Notes: generated by a model not told the origin, from the letters alone. A DNA stretch of 64,000 nt from Eledone cirrhosa (GCA_964016885.1 OZ024748.1:13144001-13208000); one strand, 5' to 3'; shown: positions 42,598-57,190, numbered from the stretch's first letter. Made by a program: numbers and translations.

Positions 42598-42805
42598 GCG
42601 GTGCATTGGCAGTATTGGTAGAGCGTTAGACGCCATACTTTGCAGCATCGAGTTATGGCCCTTTACATTCTGATTTAAAATCCACCATTCATCCTTACGA
42701 GGTCGATAAAATAAAGTACCAGTAAGGCATTAGGGTCGTTTTAATCGACTTTCTCCTCCTCCACACCTCAGAAAAAAGTTGTTAGTCTTGTACCTAAATA
42801 AGATG
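42598..42805 (+). mobile_element. SINE (degenerate, internal deletion)
   Basis: Matches the main consensus. Confidence 0.75.
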
Positions 42806-43109
42806 TCATCAGTGTTTCATTGCACTCGTTGCGTCTAATACTGCAGTTGTTGATCGCTAATATCTCTGCATCCTTTCCACCTATTGTTCGCACCACACAT
42901 GCATATCGTTGCATCCGTTACAATTGCTGCTATTGTTGCAATTCAAACTATTGTGTTGCGACATCCGATGCACAAAATACTCATTTCTATAGTCACGACG
43001 TTCTATAGCTTTTTAACTTTTCATTTATATTTTTATTTTTTTTATTAAGTTCATTACGACTGATTTCTTTTTTTTTTAATTGTTTGTGCAGTATTAGCAG
43101 TAACGACGA

Positions 43110-43406
43110 CTGTAGTGGTGGTTGTGGTAGTGGTGGTAGTAGTAGTAGTAATAGTGGTGGTGGTGGAGGTGTTGGTAGTAGTAGTAGTAGTAATGGTAGT
43201 GGTGGTGGTAGAGGTGTTTGTAGTAGTAGTAGTAGTAGTTGTAGTAATGCTGGTGGTGGTGGTCGTAGTAGTAGTAATAGTAGTAGTAGTAATGGTGGTG
43301 GTGATGGTGTTGGTAGTAGTAGTAGTACTAGTAGTAGTAGTTGTAGTAGTAGTAGTTGTAGTAGTAGTAGTAGAAGCAGCTACAGTAGTAGCAGCAGCAG
43401 TAGTAT

Positions 43407-43489
<83 letters not shown>

Positions 43490-43490
43490 T

Positions 43491-43525
<35 letters not shown>

Positions 43526-43580
43526 ATAGTAGCAGCAGCAGTAGCAGCAGCAGTAGTAGTAATAATAGCAGCAGTAGCAA
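43110..43580. repeat. (AGT)n/(AGC)n/(GGT)n tract
   Basis: Direct inspection. Confidence 0.9.
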
Positions 43581-43884
43581 TATATTTTTATTACTACTAA
43601 TCTATCAGATATATTGGTATAGTGGATTGGTTGGTTTAAAAAAGTAGCTAAGAGAAAGTCATAACATCCTCCATGTGGAAAGGTTTACCAACTCCTTCAA
43701 GTTGTTATTTTTAAGCGGAAAGCAATGGCGGCTGAAAATAGAGCAACTCTCGGTGAGGCTTAAATATCACGAGATGTGTCTAAGATTGGCAGCTTTTTGA
43801 CACTGCTAAATACTATGACCTTTGACATTTCCGCTAGAGGTTAAAGTGTATTCTGATAGGTCATTTGTCTTGAGTGAATCATGG

Positions 43885-44630
43885 TAGGTAGATGGTTGTT
43901 TGGATGGTCGGTTGGTTGTATATTTAGAGTGTTAGATGGTTGGATGGTTGGATGGTTGTTTTGGTTGGTTGGTAGATTGGATTGTTAGTTGTTTGGTTGG
44001 TTGGTTGGTTGTATATTTGGAGTGTTAGATGGTTGGATGGTTGGATGGTTGTTTTCGTTGGTTGGTTGGTAGATTGGATTGTTAGTTGTTTGGATTGTTG
44101 GTTGTTTGGCTGGTTGGATTGTTGAATGGATAGTTGCTTGGCTGGTTGGTTGGCTGGATGGTGGGATGGTTCTTTGGTTGGTTGGTTGGATGGTTGGATG
44201 GTTCTTTGGTTGGTTGTATGGTTGGATGGTGGGTTAGCTGGCTGGATTGTTGAATGGATAGTTGCTTGGCTGGTTGGTTGGCTGGATGGTTGGCTGGTTC
44301 TTTGGTTGGATGGTTGGATGGTTAGATGGTTCTTTGGTTGGTTGGATGGTTGGATGGTTAGTTGGTTGTTTGGATGGTTGGATGGTTAATTAGTTGGTTG
44401 GCTGGTTGGCTGGTTGGTTGTTTGGTTTGGAGTGTTACATGGTTATTTAGTTAAATTGTTGGTTAGATGGTTGTTTAGTAGGTTGGTTGCGTGGTTAGAT
44501 TAGTTGGATGGAATGTTAGTTAAATGGCTAGAGGGAGAGGTAGTGGGATGGTTGGATGGTTGTTTGTTTGGTTGGATTGTGGTTGGATGGATGGTTGGTT
44601 GGATGGTTGGTTGGATGGTTGTTTGGTTGG
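43885..44630. repeat. (TTGG/ATGG)n degenerate tetranucleotide tract
   Basis: Direct inspection. Confidence 0.85.
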
Positions 44631-44699
44631 TAGGCGCAAAATATGTTTACTTGGCTGGTTGCTTGGTTCTTTGAATGGTTGGAGGAGTGACAATCAGAA

Positions 44700-44815
<116 letters not shown>

Positions 44816-44966
44816 CGTGTGTGCGTGTGTGTGTGTGTGTGCGCGTGCGTGTATGTGTGTGCTATGAGGATTCTCAGCCTTAATGTTAAGCTTTTATCAT
44901 ATCCTTACAATACCTGTACTCTACATTTCTTAAGTTCAATAATGATCTTACTGATCTTAACTACTA

Positions 44967-45015
<49 letters not shown>

Positions 45016-45026
45016 CCTTCCTCCTC

Positions 45027-45082
<56 letters not shown>

Positions 45083-45591
45083 TTGTGAATGTGTATGTGA
45101 GTATGCCTGTGTGTGTCTGTGAAAATGTTTGTGTATCTCCGAGAATATGTGCGTGTGCATGTTTGTTTGTGTGTCTGAGAGTATGTGGTAGTCTGTAAGA
45201 ATGTGTGTGCGTGTGTCTGTGATAATCTGTGTGTTCCTGTAAGTGTGTGTGTGTGTGTGTGTGTGTTTGTATGTGTCTCAGGTATGTACGTCGGAGAGGT
45301 GCCATAATTAATTGATTACGTCTAAGACATAAGTGACAGATTTTGTCAACATGTCGGCCTTCTGAATTGGCCCACACTCCACTCGGATGATACTTTCCCT
45401 TCACTCTACACCATGTCTTCACTCCCCTCCTTCCATCCTTCTTCTACCTCTACTTTCACTTCCCTTCCTTTCCCCCTTTCTTTTCCTTGTCCTCATATCA
45501 CCCCTCTCTCTATTTTCTCTCTCTCTCTACTCATGCTGCGCCACCCCATTCTATCATTCACCTCCGGCACACTACTCCACCTCTGCTACGT

Positions 45592-46020
45592 AACAGTAGC
45601 TTCTATCAATATAAACGATACGTTATTTCATTATTAGCACCCACCCACGACCACCACCAACTAAATCATCTTTAATATTTTATTGAGTACACATTTAGAT
45701 TTTTAAACATATTTATATCCATACACAGTCAATCAGTACACACACACACACACATACATACATACACACACACACACACAAAGAAAACAAACACACAGAC
45801 AGACACGCACACGCACATATATATATATATGTATATGTGTGTGCGTGTGTGTATGTCTCTGTGTGTGTGTGTGTACTGATTGACTGTGTATGGATTTAAA
45901 TATGTTTAAATTTCTAAATGTGTACTCAATAAAATATTAAAGATGATTTAGTTGGTGGTGGTCGTGGGTGGGTGCTAATAATGAAATAACGTACCGTTTA
46001 TATTGATAGAAGCTACTGTT
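45592..46020. repeat. Long inverted repeat, ~155 bp arms with a microsatellite spacer
   Basis: 45592-45750 is the near-perfect reverse complement of ~45862-46020. Confidence 0.9.
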
Positions 46021-46239
46021 TGTGTGTCTGTATATGAAAATTATACGGACAAAACACAACAAACGATGAGATTCCACGTAGATTTTTAAAATTTGTTTTA
46101 CGTTTAGTATACTATGAATAGTTTTAACGTTTCGGAAACTAGTCTTTCATCAGAATACTTGTGTCATACGCAGAAACACAGTCTCAACAAACTCACCTCT
46201 ACACAGTTACAAACATGCATTAAACTCTTACGACTCCAC

Positions 46240-46316
<77 letters not shown>

Positions 46317-46663
46317 CGTGTGTGTACTCGTGTGTGTGTGTCTGTGTGTCTGTGTGTGTGAGTGTGTGTATGTGTATATACATCTTTTTATCGGTGTTTT
46401 CCCTATCTCCGTTTTCTATCTATCGTAATGATATTTATCTTGGTCCTAATTAATTGCAATAAAACTAAATATTTCCTTTAAACAAATTAATATATGCCTT
46501 CTGAAGAAACTGTATGTATATTTCACATATACACACATATATAGAGACATCGTTGTATGTGTTATAGAATATAAACAAATTGACGCATGAATAGAAATCA
46601 AGGGAATATATTCAAATAAATATATAATGTGAGCAACATGTGTGTAAATATATATATATACAC

Positions 46664-46696
<33 letters not shown>

Positions 46697-46820
46697 GGTT
46701 TATATATATATATTTATATAGGTGGTCCGAAACAATTGTATACAGCATTCTAATAACTATTGCCTGTACAGGTAATCAAAGTGTTCATAAATTTAGTTTT
46801 CCATTTATTTAATATCATTG

Positions 46821-46932
<112 letters not shown>

Positions 46933-47016
46933 AGGTAAACAGAAATAACAACACAATCGGTATACAGTATATGGAAGGAATATATTAGGTTAATACTTGA
47001 AATGGCAGGAAGAGGG

Positions 47017-47052
47017 TCTTAACGTTTCGGACGCTAGTCCTTCATCAGAAGA
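47017..47052 (-). ncRNA. Minimal type I hammerhead motif with intact core, family C
   Basis: Minus: TCTT-CTGATGA-A-GGAC TAGC GTCC-GAAACGTT-AAGA; ACGT palindrome as stem III; degenerate copy at 46121-46156. Confidence 0.75.
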
Positions 47053-47418
47053 AAGAATGAGAAACTTAGATAGATTCAAAGGACGGGCGGGGTGGAATTG
47101 GAATATTTATATATATATACATATAAATATGTGTATGTGTGTGTTTCTATGTATGAGGATATTTGTTTGTCTATGTGTGTGAATATGTGTTTGCGAGAGA
47201 GGTACGCCAGTCTAACGAGTATATCCATAATATTAGTACATTAGTCTTTATTTATCTTCATGTGTTATATTGTTTCAATTATTTTACATATCACATCAGT
47301 AGATTATGAGGAATTCGATATATTCAGATTTATTGAACACTTTGATAAACATTATATGAAAATATATCGCTTTTGTATTATGATGTAGTTATTACTATAA
47401 TGCATCTAATCCCAGCTT

Positions 47419-47455
<37 letters not shown>

Positions 47456-47541
47456 CAACAAGTATGACCCACTCTACTACCTTAAGTATTGAGTACTTTG
47501 GTGCGTTATGGTCCATCTGGTTCATTACCACATTTCCTTCG

Positions 47542-47622
<81 letters not shown>

Positions 47623-47939
47623 CGTGTGTGTGTGTCTGTGTATATGTATATATATAGTGAGAGAGAGAGATAGAGGGAGATGTATACACATACATATATA
47701 TATGTTTGTGTGTTTGTACATGCGTCAGTTTACATGTGAGAGTGTGTTTTTATGTGTGTGTGTGCGTATATGCATTTCATGTTGACAGGGGTGGATGATG
47801 TTAGTCTGCGAGAGCAGGTCATACAGTGCAGTAGACGCCAATGGCAACCGTAACCGAAATATCCATCCAGCCTACTTTTCAGAAATGTTCAACTCACCTC
47901 CAACACCTCACCGTCACAGCTCTCCATAAACCTCTCTCA

Positions 47940-49250
47940 TTTCCAACCTACCAACCTACCAACCCACCAACCAGCCAACTAGCGAATTAACCAACCTACC
48001 AACCTACCAACCTACCAACCTACCAACCAGCCAACTAGCCAATGAACCAACCTACCAACCTACCAACCTACCAACCTACCAACCAGCCAACTACCCAATT
48101 AACCAACGAACGTGTAAACATGTAAATCTCCATGCCTAACAACTATGCAACCAGCCAACTAACCAAGTAGCAAAACAACCATCAAGTTAACAAGCCGCAA
48201 CATCTCCCCATCTCCACCACACGGGTCATCAAACAAGATTCCTCCTAATATCCAACCAAGTAAACACAAGCAAAGACCTCCCAACAAACACCCCTACCAT
48301 CCAACCAACCAACCACCAACTTGACAATCAGCCAACAACCCCACCTACCATACAACCAACCAACCAACCACCAACTTGACAATCAGCCAACAACCCCACC
48401 TACCATACAACCAACCAACCACCAACTTGACAATCAGCCAACAACCCCACCTACCATCCAACCAACCAACCAACCACCAACTTGACAATCAGCCAACAAC
48501 CCCACCTACCTTACAGCCAACCAACCAACCACCAACTTGACAATCAGCCAACAACCCCACCTACCATACAACCAGCCAGCCAACAACCCCACCTACCAAC
48601 CAACCAACCAACAAACCACCAACTTGACAATCAGCCAACAACCCCACCTACCATAAAACCAGCCAGCCAACAACCCCACCTACCAACCACCCAACAAACC
48701 ACCAACTTGACAATCAGCCAACGACCCCACCTACCATACAACCAGCCAGCCAACAACCCCACCTACCATAAAACCACCCAGCCAACAACCCACCTACCAT
48801 AAAACCAGCCAACAACCCCATCTCCCATCCAACCAACCAGCCAACCAACTTGTCAACTTGCCAACAATCCAACAAACCCACATACCATTCAACAACCAAC
48901 TTGCCAACAACCCAACAAACCAACATAACATCCAAAGAACCAACTTGCCAACATGCCAACAAGCCAACATACCATCCAAAGAACCAACTTGCCAACATGC
49001 CAACAAGCCAACATACCATCCAAAGAACCAACTTGCCAACACGACAACATACCATCCAAAGAACCAACTTGCCAACAAGCCAACAAACCAACATACCTTC
49101 CAAAGAACCAACTTGCCAACAAGCCAACAAACCAACATACCTTCCAAAGAACCAACTTGCCAACAAACCAACAAACCAACATACCTTCCAAAGAACCAAC
49201 TTGCCAACAAACCTACCAACCATACAACCTACCAACCAGCCAACCAGCTA
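47940..49250. repeat. (CCAA)n-derived minisatellites (~52-56 bp, then ~44 bp units)
   Basis: CCACCAACTTGACAATCAGCCAACAACCCCACCTACC and CCAAAGAACCAACTTGCCAACA units. Confidence 0.9.
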
Positions 49251-49461
49251 TATTTTTTTTCTTACTGAGATGATGATGGGGATGGGGATGAGGGGTGGGC
49301 GAGGAAAGGCAATTCTTTTCTGTTATTCTTTCTATTTTTGTTTCTCTTCCTCTCTTTCTATTTCGCTTCTTTCAATCTCTTTCTCGCCTACTCATACACA
49401 CTCTCTCTCTCACACACACACATATACACATATATATATATACACATACACACATACACAT

Positions 49462-49496
<35 letters not shown>

Positions 49497-49665
49497 GGCA
49501 CACACATACATATACACACATATTTATATACATGTATATATGTTGGCATCTATGTACATACATATATATATATATATTTATATATTTATATATACATATA
49601 TGTGTGTGTCTGTGTGTGTGCGTGTGTATATATGTATATATATATATGTACATATATATATATGT

Positions 49666-49742
<77 letters not shown>

Positions 49743-49763
49743 CATATGTGTGTATGTGTGTCC

Positions 49764-49809
<46 letters not shown>

Positions 49810-50125
49810 GCATACACATATACATATGTACATACAAACACACAGATGCCAACAATAATTTATGTATCGATTTAGCGAAGAATTTGCATCTATCGATATT
49901 TTGTTGTCTTTCATAGCAATTCTTTCATCTCTTCCAGAACCCTCTCTTGTATTCCTCCCCAAAATTCTTCTCTTTCCTTCACAATCTTGCCTAACAACAT
50001 CCCTCTCTATCTCTCTCTCTATCTCTCTCTCTCTGTCTCTCTCTCTCTTTCTGTCTCTCTCTTTCTTTCTCTCTTCTTTCTCTCTCACATACACACACTC
50101 CCTCTCTTTCTTTCTCTCTCTGTCA

Positions 50126-50176
<51 letters not shown>

Positions 50177-50199
50177 TGTACATATTTAGGTGTGTATTC

Positions 50200-50230
<31 letters not shown>

Positions 50231-50325
50231 TGTATGTATGTATGTATGTATGTATGTATGTATGTATGTGTGTATGTATATATGTATGCATCATTGTATA
50301 TATACATATTTGTATATATGTATGC

Positions 50326-50370
<45 letters not shown>

Positions 50371-50415
50371 GATTTATAGACACACACATACGCACGCAAA
50401 TACACTCACTCATTA

Positions 50416-50468
<53 letters not shown>

Positions 50469-51094
50469 CATATAACTGCGATCAATATCACCGATATTAG
50501 GTCTTCCCTAAAATGTCTACTTGTGCACGTTGAACATTAGTAATGGTTCCAAATGTTTTTCTTGATGTTGTTGCGGTTACTGATGTTACAGTTGATATTA
50601 CTAAACTCACCCATGTTTATACTAACACTACGTCAAGTTTTATATCATCAAAATAACCCCTCAAAAGGGTTGTGATATTTTGGTGATATTTATGGTGATA
50701 TTTTAATAGTTCTACCACGTTAATATTATAAACATAACACTGTAAGTTGATATTATCAACAACAAGTCCATGGTGATATTCCCAATATCACAACCATGTT
50801 GATATTATTTACACCACACTGATGTGGGTATAGTTATAGTTTAAAACACGTCCATGTTTGTATTATATATGCTACTTCTATACCGATATTATCAATATCG
50901 CCTTCATTCTGATATCGTTTAATCATTATCTAAGACGTCATTCACGAGGATTTACATTGTGGAGTTATTAGTAAATGATTTTAACACCAAACTAATTAAT
51001 TGACTTCTGTCGTTCTATTCCAATCACGGTACTAGTGTTTTCCTCGACCTATAAATAACAATACCTGTTTACATTATATATATATGTATTTATG

Positions 51095-51128
<34 letters not shown>

Positions 51129-51758
51129 AGTGCGTGTTTAATATGTTTGCCTATGTCTGTGAGTGTATTTTATACGAATGCGTATGCGGTGTGTGTGTTC
51201 ATGTTGGTGATTGTTTCGTTGGTGAAGACTACTGCGAAGGACAAACCAGCGAATGATTTATACAGGCGCGGGAATGGTGAGATATTTGGAACTTATCGAT
51301 GCGTTAAAACGAAGACACAAAATGGTTATCGATTACTTAGGAGGCGGATGGATGTATATAGTTCATGTGTACTATTGAGAAATTCCTGTTAACTACAGTC
51401 ACGTGATGAACTATAGATTGTTAAACATTTCTGAAACCGTTAGGACACCGTGAATGCCGTGAGATTTTAATAACTATGTACTAGAAGATACAGTATCAAT
51501 TAAGACTGTTTATGGGTTAACTAATGTTAATATTTTTGTTATTACTATTAACGCAGTAATAATAATAATAGTTATTTCTTTATTACCCAAAATTGCTTGC
51601 ACATGGAATAAAGGCGAAATTATAAACATATGATTTGATTCACAATGCACATGGTACTGGAGGAATGTATTGCAAGGTCGTTCGTTATACACTGGGTAGA
51701 TAAACATTTGTAAAACACGACAAATGTCTCAAAGGATCATAAATATACTAATAATAAT

Positions 51759-52381
51759 AATGGTTTCTTATTTTGGCACAAGGTCAGCAATTTGAGTGGA
51801 GGGGGACGTCAATTAAATTGACCCCGTTGCATTACAGGTACTTTATTTTATCAGGTTCGTAAAGATGGATTTCAAAGCTGACCTTCGCGGCACTTAAACA
51901 CAGAACGTACAGGGACGATATTAATAATCATGATAATAATAATAATAATAATGAAAATATTAATGACTGCAATGGAAATATTAATAATTGTTTCTATTAT
52001 TGGCACAAGGCCAGCAATTACCCAGTACATTACTGGTACTTTATTTTATCGACCCCGTAAGGATGAAAGGCAAAGTCAACCTCGGCGGGATTTGAACTCA
52101 GATCGTAAAGGGACGTAACTATGCTGGAAAGCATGGCGTCCGACCCTCTAATGGAGATATTAATAATGATATCTAGTATAGGCAAAAGGCCAGTAATTTT
52201 CTGGGAGAGGAAAGTCGATTAAATCGACCCCAGTACGTTACTGGTGCTTTATTTTATCGACCCTGTAAGGATGAAAGGCAAAGTTAACCTCGGCGGGATT
52301 TGAACACAGAACGTAAAGGGGCGTAATTCTATGCTACAATGCATGGCGTCCGACCCTCTACTGATACTGCCAATCCACCCT
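51759..52381 (-). mobile_element. Three tandem SINE copies
   Basis: 51759-51918, 51986-52150 and 52170-52381 match the reverse consensus. Confidence 0.85.
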
Positions 52382-52604
52382 GGTTTATAATATGGAACAA
52401 GACCAATATTTTGTGGGCAGTTGCAGTGAATTAGTTCGACCTTAGTACCTGACTGGTCATTTGTGTGCAGAGTCTGGTGAAGCCATTTTGACATATACTG
52501 AAAGTAATTTCTGTCCAGTACTATTTTATTTAGAACGTAACTTCACGGACACACACACTCACGCATCTCTATAGTAACTTAATATAACTTTTATGATGGT
52601 AAAT

Positions 52605-52790
52605 TTGTGGATTGGCAGTATCGGTAGAGGGTCGGACGCCATGCTTTCCAGCATAGTTACGTCCCTTTACGATCTGAGTTCAAATCCCGCTGAGGTTGAC
52701 TTTGCCTTTCATCCTTACGGGGTCGATAAAATAAAGTACCAGTAATGCACTGGGTAATTGCTGGCCTTGTGCCTAAAGTAGAAACAATTA
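52605..52790 (+). mobile_element. SINE, short-tail variant
   Basis: Well-preserved consensus match. Confidence 0.9.
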
Positions 52791-53151
52791 TAACAACTAG
52801 CGGGATAAAAAAAATTTATAAAACGTACACTATCCCGCACTTTTCCCTTTATTATACCATAGATTAGAAACTTAAGTAATGTTATTTCCATCAGTCATTG
52901 GTAAAATATAGTGTACAGGCCCTTTTAATGCTAATTCAATTGGTTCTCCCCACCAATATCATGTAAAGTCCTTAATAATCATATCTGTATCGCCTCATGT
53001 ACCGTCTCTAGAATTTCATATTTTAACAAGTTCTGAACAACATACTGAAGAAATATAAAATAAGAAATAATGTCGACACCAATACAAATAACTATAATAA
53101 AAAAGAAAATCAATGATGACGAGGATACTACTACTACTACTACTACTACTG

Positions 53152-53196
<45 letters not shown>

Positions 53197-53226
53197 GACT
53201 ACAACAACAACAAAAACAACAACAAC

Positions 53227-53274
<48 letters not shown>

Positions 53275-53717
53275 GACGATTATGAGAATGATGATGTTCA
53301 TGGTGATTAAGATGGGGTTGGTGATAGTAATGATGATGATGATGAAAATAATAATAAAGATTAATATTAATAATGATAACGCTAATGATGATGATAATAA
53401 TGATGGTAATATTGAAAAAATAACAACAATAATAACAATGGGTTTATGTATAAAATATCTCGTGGAAAATAGATATGAAATGTATAAAAAAAAAAAAAAT
53501 CAACAAAAACATCAACAACAACAACAACATCACCAATAAACAACAAAGAAAACCAATAAAACTATAGCAACAACAATAACAACAATAACAATATAAACAA
53601 CAACAATATGAGACAAAGGAAAAACATAAATGATGAAACAAAGAACTTACCTTTGAAGGAGATAAATACACACACAAATATAAACACACAGACTATATAT
53701 ATATGTATATGCATATG

Positions 53718-53870
<153 letters not shown>

Positions 53871-53874
53871 ATGC

Positions 53875-53933
<59 letters not shown>

Positions 53934-54095
53934 TGTATATATATATGTATGTATATGTATGATATATATGCATGTATATATATATGTATGTATATGTATG
54001 ATATATATGTATATATATATATATATGTGTGCGTGTGTGTGTGTGTATATATATATATAAATATATATATATTTATATATATATACATATATATT

Positions 54096-54144
<49 letters not shown>

Positions 54145-54225
54145 TAATATATATGTAAATATATATACATATGCATATAAGTATGTGTGGATATTTATAT
54201 GTGTTGTATGTATATTTTCATGCAC

Positions 54226-54383
<158 letters not shown>

Positions 54384-54634
54384 ATATTCATGTATGAATA
54401 TTTATACATATACATACATGCATATATATGCTGGGGTTTATATATACATATGTGTGTGTGTGTGTAAGTGTGTCTGTGTGTGTGTGTGTGTGTGTTTGTG
54501 TGTGTCTTTTATATGAAACGGTAATAAAATATAATAAACCGACGCCATCACTATCATCAATAACGACAACACTAACAGCAACACAATAGAACGTTATTTA
54601 CATAATCAATAAGACTACTACAACAACAACAACA

Positions 54635-54719
<85 letters not shown>

Positions 54720-55278
54720 ACGAACTGTAGACAAAACAAAGACTAATATAATGTACAACACCAACAATAACACACATGCCATCACATTCAACATCACATT
54801 CAACATCACCAACAACAGAAGCAACAACAACACAAACAGTGTCGCTTCCAACACAAAAACACATTAAAACCACGACCGTCATCATCAATAATAACAACAA
54901 CAACAAAATAATAAACGCCACCCTCACTAGAGCTACTACCTTGACAACAACCATTCTAACTACTGTCACCACCACCACGACCACCACCACCACCAATAAC
55001 AAGAACAACAACACCATTTCCACCCCCATCACCACAATCACAACCATGACATTACCAATAACAACAACAACAACAGAAATAACACCACTCTCTATACAAA
55101 CACCATCATCACCACTACCACAATGACAACAACAACAGCAACAACAAGAATTTGATGATAGATCTTTCTAAACGCCATGATGAATCGCAAACTTCACAAT
55201 AGTTGATTGACCTTGAAATATCAACAACAACAACAGCCAAAACAACATCATATACAACAACTACAAAAATAACAACAA

Positions 55279-55325
<47 letters not shown>

Positions 55326-55550
55326 TCTACAACAACAGCAAGAACTACAACAACAACAACTAATACGACTACTACTACAATATGGAAACAAAATGGAAGC
55401 CGAAAGAGATGCTTTCACAATAGACAAAATGGTGGAATAAAAATGACGATAGAAATTAACTTAAAACATGTGTGGTGTGTATGGTAGATGTAGATAGGCC
55501 AGGATACACTTGGTTGGAAATGTCCAGTATATATATATATATATATATAT

Positions 55551-55912
55551 ATGGTGGATGGGTGCTACACGAGAATGCTGAGGATGGTTCTGAACATTAA
55601 TCAATATACACTGAGGATGAAAAACTCAGAGCTGTATGGAAGCCTCCCAAAAGTCAGCTCAAAAGTGACACAGAGGAGACTGAGGTTAGCTGGACATGCT
55701 CACCGAGATCCAGAGATGACATTGCACTCAGTGCTCCTATGGGAGCCCCAACATGGACATACTGGAAGAGGAAGACCAAGGTTAACGTATGTTGATGCCC
55801 TAAGGCCAGACACTGGCCTGTTGGAGACGCAGGACATGGATGCGATAATGAGGGACAGAGACCGCTGGAGAGAACTCGTCTATGGATCTCGGGAATTTTA
55901 CACGCCCTAGAA
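55551..55912 (+). mobile_element. RTE-type non-LTR retrotransposon, ORF C-terminus / 3' end
   Basis: DGCYTRMLR..RRLRLAGH..VLLWEP.HG...RGRPRLTYVD.L..D......M.DRDRWR is a typical RTE/RTE-X C-terminus; (TA)n on both sides. Confidence 0.85.
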
Positions 55913-55927
55913 TATATATATATATAT

Positions 55928-56227
55928 GTCTGTCCTTAGGGCATCAACATACGTTAACCTTGGTCTTCCGCTTCCAGTGTGTCCATGTTGAGGATCCCAC
56001 AGGAGCACTGAGTGCAATGTCAACTCTGGATGTCGGTGAGCATGTCCAGCTTACCCCAGTCTCCTCTGTGACACTTTTGAGCTGACTTTTGGGAGGCTCC
56101 CATACAGCTCTGAGTTTTCCATCCTCAGTGTATACTGATTAATGTTCAGAGCCCTCCTCAGCATTCTTGTGTAGCACCCATCCACCATCTGAGTGAGTTT
56201 CTTGGTCAGTGTCCAATTCTCAGACCC
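55928..56227 (-). mobile_element. Inverted second RTE C-terminal fragment
   Basis: GSENWTLTKKLTQMVDGCYTRMLRRALNI; diverged from the + copy and contains a premature stop. Confidence 0.85.
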
Positions 56228-56528
56228 TTTTATCATCGTAGTGGACTATTGTATGCGCCTTGCACTGGAGAAACACCAGAACTCTGGCTTTACTGTAGCA
56301 CCGGCTCAGAGCAGGAGAGTTAAGGCGAAAAAGATATCGGATGTTGAATTTGCCGACGACATAGTTTTGGTGACAAATACAGTGAAGGAGGCAGAGGATT
56401 TGATGCAGGAGGTTGAAACTGTGTCGATGAGTGTGGGACTGAGAATGAATGAGACTAAAACAAAATATCTGGTAGAGAATGGTGAGAAGCCAGAGGGGAT
56501 CACTAATGTAGGCTGGAAGCCGCTAGAA
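56226..56528 (+). mobile_element. RTE reverse transcriptase domain fragment
   Basis: FIIVVDYCMR...EFADDIVLV...VGLRMNETKTKY (RT motifs including FADD). Confidence 0.9.
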
Positions 56529-56654
56529 TATATATATATATATAGTAATAATAATAAATTTGAAGACTACAATCCAAAGAGGGTTCGATAAGGATAAATG
56601 TATATCAAATATATAAGAACCGTAAAGCAAATATTTATTAAAATAACAAATTAA

Positions 56655-56705
56655 AGTTTAAGCAAAGAATCGGTGCTTTCACCCTTAACGGGATCTTCTG
56701 AAACT
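56655..56705 (-). ncRNA. Hammerhead-like motif, family B, best-preserved copy (element 56543-56710)
   Basis: Minus: AGTTT-CAGAAGA-TCCC GTTAA GGGT-GAAA-GCA CCGATTCTT TGC-TT-AAACT. Confidence 0.65.
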
Positions 56706-56969
56706 AAAAAAATCAATCTCTGAACACAGAAGTAAAGATATATTTGTGTATAGCGGATATGTTTGGTGTATGTATGTATATATTTATGCTTGTATGTATA
56801 TATGTATGTATATATGCATGTATGTACGTATGCTTGTTTCTATTTATGTATGTGTGTGACTGCCTGTGTATGCGTGTGTGTGTATTGCGCTATTTCTAGC
56901 TACGTCTAAAGGAAGCAGCTGGCTGGAACAAAACAGTAAGGGAAATTAACACAATACACACACACATAT

Positions 56970-57029
<60 letters not shown>

Positions 57030-57031
<2 letters not shown>

Positions 57032-57190
57032 CACGTTTAATATAGAAATGGCTTCTATAGGAGTATAACTGTTTCATTCAAAAGATATCATCAGGAAAAC
57101 CCTTTCTATATTAAACATGATGTTTACACTCTACTAATGTATTGAGTACCTTCCTTAACGTGCTTACCTCCGATTGAAGTCATCACTCAC
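57030..57190. mobile_element. Family A element; HHR on minus at 57050-57101 with intact core boxes
   Basis: Minus: GTTTTC-CTGATGA-TATCTTTTGAAT-GAAA-CAG TTATACTC CTA-TA-GAAGCC. Confidence 0.7.

Noticed and set aside
51200-51390. Decayed restriction-like endonuclease domain of an R2/NeSL-type element (ARE..RYLELIDAL..LGGGW)
   Set aside because: Needs frameshifts and the similarity is too weak to support without an HMM search.
55905-55915. Helitron 3' end (CTAG)
   Set aside because: Followed by A rather than T, no subterminal hairpin, and the sequence is RTE coding.
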